A stretch of DNA of 62,100 bases, counting the filler. It is 14 parts of 14 records of this genome, joined end to end, with 100 filler letters (N's around TTAATTAATTAA, not from the genome) between each part and the next. Parts side by side here need not be neighbours in the genome. Positions count along the whole stretch, not along the records: positions 54,528 to 59,411 come from SRR9670534_1636; positions 59,512 to 62,100 come from SRR9670534_1645; 12 more parts are not named here. One strand, 5' to 3'. Both the position numbers and the translations under genes were made by a program. Each line of letters opens with the position of its first letter. Position 1 is the stretch's first letter. Below the pieces are notes generated by a model. The model had not been told where the DNA came from. It searched no databases and worked only from the letters and a program-made list of their open reading frames with translations. This document shows positions 55,703 to 62,100 of this stretch, one piece after another.

Positions 55703-58700
55703 TTAAATTATCATTTCCAAATTGGGAATTACATGAGATTTTTCCCTGGCAATTTGTTTATAAACATCTTCATGTAATGGCTGATTAGCTGAAGCAGTTT
55801 TTGGATGACTGAGGCCATAAATTTCAACATGTAGCATAAAGTTCTTATGAAAATATTCGTAGGCTTCCTCAAAGTTATCATCTTGTTCATACAAAACTCC
55901 CAAGTTATAATACAGTCTGAGGGTATTGTGGTGAAGTTCACCATTTGCTTTTAATTGCATCTTTAATGCAAAAAGACTAGCCTAAAATGATTAAAGTTTG
56001 TGTAACAAGTAATTGATAGGCTAGCTGTTATGGTCAATCTGATTCAATTAATACGCTACTAAGACAATAATATGCACTACGCAATACTTCTAATTTTTCT
56101 TCAGAGGCAGCCGTGACAAGAATAGCAGCTTTGGTGATGTAAGCATTTGCTACTTCAGATTCATTGTTCAGTTCTTCTGTGAATTTTATACATTCATCAA
56201 TTAATTTTAAAGCCTTAGCCTTGGAGGTTAATGCTGGATACTTTTTGTTTCCACCTGTTTTAAAATGTGCGCTGTAATAAAAGGCTAAGCGATTAAGTAC
56301 TCTTCCAAACCGAAACTAAAATAACAAAAAGTTGTCGCTGTTATTCGTGAAGATATTTTACCATAGAATTATAGTCAGTATAATTCTGCCTTTTGTATAT
56401 CTCTACGACTTTTTCATAGTTGTCTAAGATCTCATCTATTAGCAACAAATCATATTTAGCTGCCTTAGAATGTAAAACATAGGTTTGCAGTCGAAATTGC
56501 TAAAAGTTTCATTATGTAGAAAATAAGATGGTGGGTGGAGCTATAGGTAGACAACTTGCCTCATCCCTAATCAAACCAGATAAAAAGTAAATATCAGCTA
56601 ATTGTTGTGGGCGACTTCTTAATTTTGAAACTTCTAATTTTACAAGTTTATCAACAAGTTTTTGAGCTTCTTCGTATTGTCCACTTTGTGTGCTAAACAA
56701 ATTTTATTTTTGAAGTAAAATGCATTGAAATTGACTTAAAGTGATAATAATTTACAAAATCATGGCCACTTTCCGTGCTCTCTCTGAAAAAGCTTCTAAA
56801 AAAGCTTTGTTATCATCCTTGTTCTCGTTCTCAAAATCTTCTAGAATTTTTAGATATTTAGAAACCATTAAATGGTAGGGACCGCATGCTCTCCAAAGGT
56901 TCAAGAGCTGTAATGAATAATCTTCCACAAATAAAGCTTCCATAACTTCCCATTTAGAGATAAATGCTTCGAGTCTTTTGTGATCTTTTATTTGCAGAAG
57001 ATGTCCAGGATATTCCTAAAACATTAGTTATTATTGCTTATGATTTGCTGTTCTTATATTTAACAAACTTACTTCGATTTGCCTTTCTAAAATGGTTGAA
57101 TGTTGGAAAAAGTTTGCAAGTTTTCCATGGAAAAATTGGGCGACATCTGCCTTTATAAAATATTTACTTTTCACTGCCTTACTCAGAGACTTATGGTAAA
57201 AATGCAATCGTCCTTCTCCACTGTCACCAAAAGGACGCAAAAATGGTTTTAAAGCCCTGTAAACTGTAGCCCAGTAAGTCATTGGTAAAATTTTATATTT
57301 ACTTATCGTGTTTTCACTTTCTATAAATGAGAACTCTTTTTCCAATGAATCTGGCAGTAAGTGTCTCATATCCCCAAGAATTTCTAAGAATTCCACTTCT
57401 AATAACCCTCTAATAGAACACTTCAGAAGACAAGCTGTTGCTATAAGGAGTTTACCACCATTTTCTCTTTCAAATCTTTCAAGAACTTGTTTTTCAAGAC
57501 TAAAATTAAACATTTACTTACGAATACTTACGAATTATGGAAAGTTGTGGAATAATAATACCCAAATAAATCTCCTGAAAGACCATCTATTTTATCTGTT
57601 ATTTTTCGAAAATTTCCATAAATTCTCAATTCCTCAATTGCAATTGAGAGCCAAAGTGGATTTTTGGACGCTGGTTTTTCTAGTAGAATCTTCATTTGTT
57701 CATCATCAAGCTTCTTGTTGTAACTTTTGAGAATATTTTCAACCATTGCTTGTCTTGAAACCACATCCAATGGTGTAATTTCTAACTCAATCAATGGTAT
57801 GTTTCTGCTACATAACGCTTGGTGGTGTTTTGAGTTGCTTATGACAGACAGAATGACTCGAACATTATTGGGAATTTTACCAGGCAACCATTTACTCGTT
57901 AAGGCTATTGTATTGTCCTTTCCAAATTGATCAATGGCATCAATAATAATAATTGATGGATGAGTATTTACATTTGATAATACAGAAATGCATTCTTGAG
58001 CAGCATTTTCAAGGTGTATTGGCAAATTTTTATCCTGTTGGAAATAAAAAGTCAAATGTAGTTATAGTAGATATATATTATGTGGAAATTCCGAGTACTT
58101 GCCAGTCTGAAGTTTAGGTATTAATAAAGTGTATCACGCAGGATTGATTATCATTATCTCAATAGGCATATTGCCCTGTGGAAATTCCGCAGATATGATT
58201 AAACAGCTGTTATACTAGTAATAAAAAACACTTACTGGAATAGAAGCAATTTCCTTGCAAAGTCTTTCCAATGTCCCAAATAAATCATTCGAACCTGGAA
58301 CAGCACCAACAAAATGATAATAAACTCGCCAACTGGTGTTCCTAAAACAAGCACGTTATTAAATTAATAAAATTAGAAATATTTACCAAAATTTTGCTAG
58401 TAACATAAATAATAAGAAAAGGTTCACATTTTTTACCGTATTATGTATTACTTATTAAATCATATGGTTAAAAATTACATGTTTGGTGACTTCGAGTTTT
58501 TCTTCAGCTCTTTGTTTTGCGTGGAAGATTTTCTCAAATCATACGCCTTATTACTTTTGACTACTTTTGTTTTATTCATTTTAAATCTTTCTAAAATAGC
58601 ACTAAATTTGAAATTTAAAATTTCTAAAATCTTTTCTTTTAAGGTAATCATAATTATTAATAACAATAACATACTACGTAACATTTCACAATAGCAAAGA

Positions 58701-59099
58701 TGCTCAAACAAGTAATATTGTAATATAATCACATAGGAGCGTTGTAGTACCTTTGCATAATGTAGCAATTTTAGCCATGACAGAAGTTTTTCCAGAGCCA
58801 GAACCACCAACTAAAACCAAAGGTCCTGAAGATTTAGTTTTCCCTGTTGCATAAGCCATAATCTATATTTAATAATAATTATTATTTATAATAATAATTA
58901 ATTATAATTAATAAAAATCATTAATAATAACCAAAAAGACCAGTACTTGGTTGATAATATCATCTCTTCCTACCACATTTTCTGACCTCGTACGACAAAA
59001 CTCCATATGCTTTTCTTTAACAATTTGTAAACGATTGGTAATTTTAGCCTTAGTTAAAGGATACATTTTTTCAATTCGAGTGGTTAAAAAATTAAAAAT
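55703..59099 (-). CDS. NACHT-type STAND ATPase with C-terminal TPRs (TEP1/NPHP3/TTC41-like), multi-exon, 5' truncated
   Basis: Walker A LVLVGGSGSGKTSVMAK, YHFVGAVPGS, Walker B IIIIDAIDQF, WLPGKIPNNVRVILS, NPLWLSIAIEELR; TPR YYNLGVLYEQ...IYGLSHPKT. Confidence 0.85.
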
Positions 59100-59879
59100 C
59101 TAAAATGTATATAATGTGTAAATTTTATGTGTACAATATCAACTCATATCATATAACATTACTAATGACTCATGTTGCAGAATATGATTTGATATGACGA
59201 TGTAGACTTGCTGCAAGTCACTTGCATGATAATTCTGATTTTGTAATTAATAAAATTGCAAACCACTGGTAATCAATTAATAATAATAATAATATTTATA
59301 GTATTAAATATATTCTTATTAATGCAAAACTTTATTAATAATACTAAGCAAGCTAATAACTAAATGTAGCTTGCTTATACACTATTGTTATTATTAATAA
59401 TAATAATGATANNNNNNNNNNNNNNNNNNNNNNNNNNNNNNNNNNNNNNNNNNNNTTAATTAATTAANNNNNNNNNNNNNNNNNNNNNNNNNNNNNNNNN
59501 NNNNNNNNNNNAGCAGTAGCTGTGTAATGCATATATGAACAAATTGCCAATAAGAGCAGTAGCTGTGTAATGCATTATTCTTTTTCAACAAATGCGCCTA
59601 GGTAATTCAAATGTCCACCAGAACGACTACCTTTTATTATTTTTATTTTATTAGAAGTAATTTTAATGGCCAATGCCAATATTATTTAATTTGCTTGCAA
59701 AGGGGCTTCAACACCATAGCAACAAATTGCACCCATGACTATTTTTCTTCGATTAAGATATTACATGATGACGACGAATAGACAACGAACGACGACGTTA
59801 CTCACTTGTTTACATTACACTTTTTATTTCCTTATTTGATCAAATCCTAATTAATCCTAACAATGTACACATGTCTCTA

Positions 59880-61939
59880 CTAATAATGAACCGTTCCACC
59901 AACATTTGGTATGGTACCTGCTTCGGGTTCATTTTCTTGCTGCTGCTGAACGTTCTGTCTACGTCGAGATTTCGGGATTTTTCCATCCTTATTTCGAGTC
60001 ATACCCACAGTTGATACGCCACCTTCAAATTTCGTTTTGAACAAAACATTGGCGTTGTTAAACATCCCATCCTTCAGTGATACAATTACAAACTAAAAAA
60101 ATTTTAATGTAGACTTTCACAAACTCATATCATACGCTTAAATAATAACTGTATACATATTATTAATTTTTCAAAAAACGTGAAATTAATTAAAGTTTAA
60201 AAGTATACTTGTGAATTCGTAAATTGTTCTTTAATCATCTTGCCCATGTTTTGAGTATGTGACAAATCTAAAGCAGCATCCACTTCATCCAAGATGTAAA
60301 TTGGCGCGGGTTTGTACCGAAGCATTGCCAATATTAATGACAATGCAATTAGCGACCTAAAAAATAAGTCCATAATTATACGTGTCAGATCAAATAGCAA
60401 TCATGTATTTTAACTGACCTTTGGCCACCACTTAACTCCGTTAAGCTCTCCTTCCACACTTCTCCAAATTTAACCTTTACTTCCAACCCAACAAATTCAC
60501 TGCTTCTTTCATTCATTATCGATTCCAGCTTGCACATTGCATCGGGCAAAAGGGTTGAAAATATAGCTCCAAAATGCTAATAATATCATTTAACAATTAA
60601 CAACAATGTTATTTAAAGAATACCTTATATTTACCGTATTAACGCTGGTATATGCTTGCTTAACAGCTTCTCTCTTTTTATCATTCAGCTCTGCAAGTGT
60701 TTTTTCCAACTTGATCCTATCATTTTGGACAATCTTCCGTTCGGACAAATATCTTTGATACTAAATAATAGCGACATCTTTTTACTAGTTTTACCTTCAT
60801 TTTTTCAATTTTTACTTCTTTTGAGACTTTTCAAATTTAAATGTTAAAATTTAAATCAACAAAAAATTTTACATCTTTTTCAGCCTTGTTCAACATAACC
60901 ATAGCTCTCATATTGACTGATTTTGCCAATCTACCCTTGTTATCCTCCAATTTGGCCATTTTCTTCCTCATATCCGTAAAATTGTACATGTTAAAATCAA
61001 ACTGCGTATTAGCTTTGCCAAAGTTTTGCTTTTCATCCTCGACCCAATGGTTTTTCTTCAACAACTGTTTAACCTTACTTTGAGCATCTGCTTTCGCTGC
61101 TGATTCCTCCTTCATATCGTGTTCAACCTTTTCAATTTCAAATTCATTCTTGCGAATTTGAGCTGCTGCTTTCTTCTTATCCTCTTCCTTTTGGACCAAA
61201 TCTTTGTCAAGAGCTTTAATTTCTGCCTTTTTCTCTTGCAACATGTTGTCTGTGGCCTGATAAATCCCTTCTTCCTCCTACAATAACACAATGAAAACTT
61301 TAAACATCTGAATTTAAAGAATTAAAAAAATTTAATTTTAAAATGTAAAATTTAAAGAATTTACTTTCAATTTTTCTTCCAATTCAGCAATTTCTTTCTT
61401 TAAGTTTTCAATTTCGGTCTTGACTTCTTCAATCGTTTCTGCACATTCTTGAATGCCCTTCTTCAAGTCCTCAATCTCAACGTCAATAGTTCTTAAATTT
61501 TGATCGAAATTTGTAATAAAATCTTCCAGCTGCAAGAGTTTGGCTTGAGTTTCATCAATCTTTTCTTGCGCTTCTTTCAATTCCTTCTTTTGAAGTTCTT
61601 CCTTGTGTTCAATTTTATATTTCAGATCCTTGATTTGCTTCTGGAATTCCTTCAGATCCTCTTCGCATTTGGCAATTGCTCCATTTTCTGCTTCTAAATA
61701 TCAAAACAAATGAATTAGCGATATGAATTTTTAAAATTTAAGTCATTTTAAAATTTAACAAATTTATGCGAATGAATAAAATTTCAAAATTGTTTAAATA
61801 ATAACTATAATTACCGATATCATCCTCAAGCCTTTTGATGTCATTTTGCAATCTGAATTGGTCAGATTGTGCCAATTTTTGTCGCAACTTTTCCAGTTCA
61901 TACTCCTTTTCCTCCAATTTATTTGTCCAATGTGACAGA
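59880..61939 (-). CDS. SMC2: Condensin subunit SMC2, C-terminal coiled coil and head exons; 5' part outside the window
   Basis: [49 protein letters not shown]...[22 protein letters not shown]. Confidence 0.95.
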
Positions 61940-62100
61940 CTAAAACGTTATTATTATAACATACGAAATTTATCCTAACTTTTGAATAGAGTGCCTGAAT
62001 ACAGTATTATTACTTATTTCAGTGAATACTTAAAATATGATACGCAGTACCTATTAGTTACTAACTATAGAGTACGCATATTACGTAATACGTACAGTAT

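Noticed and set aside
59512-59575. 21-bp direct repeat AGCAGTAGCTGTGTAATGCAT with a 22-bp spacer as CRISPR-like (likewise 12012-12103)
   Set aside because: Only two copies, eukaryotic context and no cas genes; a simple local duplication.

Overview
This is not a contiguous locus. It is 14 short contigs joined by 13 identical 100-bp artificial linkers (N-run/TTAATTAATTAA/N-run), so adjacency across linkers has no biological meaning. The DNA is from an AT-rich, compact, intron-containing animal genome (standard code, GT-AG introns often 50-100 bp), most likely an invertebrate bilaterian; the species cannot be determined. Recognisable genes, many cut by contig ends: a giant-ectodomain ABCA transporter, CYP26, Shaker/Kv1, RNase H1 plus a degenerate tandem paralog, a K2P-like K+ channel, HAND, SART3, DAP1, an ANF-receptor-domain receptor, a tandem B-box protein, DAXX, Miro (RHOT), an M1 aminopeptidase, TBC1D13, SEC13, a SOCS-box protein, a NACHT-TPR protein and SMC2. 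Most notable observations: (1) a consensus DR5 retinoic-acid response element in the CYP26 proximal promoter; (2) a strongly recurrent CTCF-like motif (AGATG[G/T]CGC), clustered in ABCA introns; (3) a catalytically altered RNase H duplicate; (4) very tight head-to-tail housekeeping gene pairs (Miro>DAXX, DAP1>SART3) suggestive of operons/trans-splicing; (5) degenerate Miro and N-terminally reduced DAXX; (6) pervasive fold-back palindromes in introns. All homology calls come from recognition of motifs by eye; no searches were run, and exon boundaries are manual estimates.
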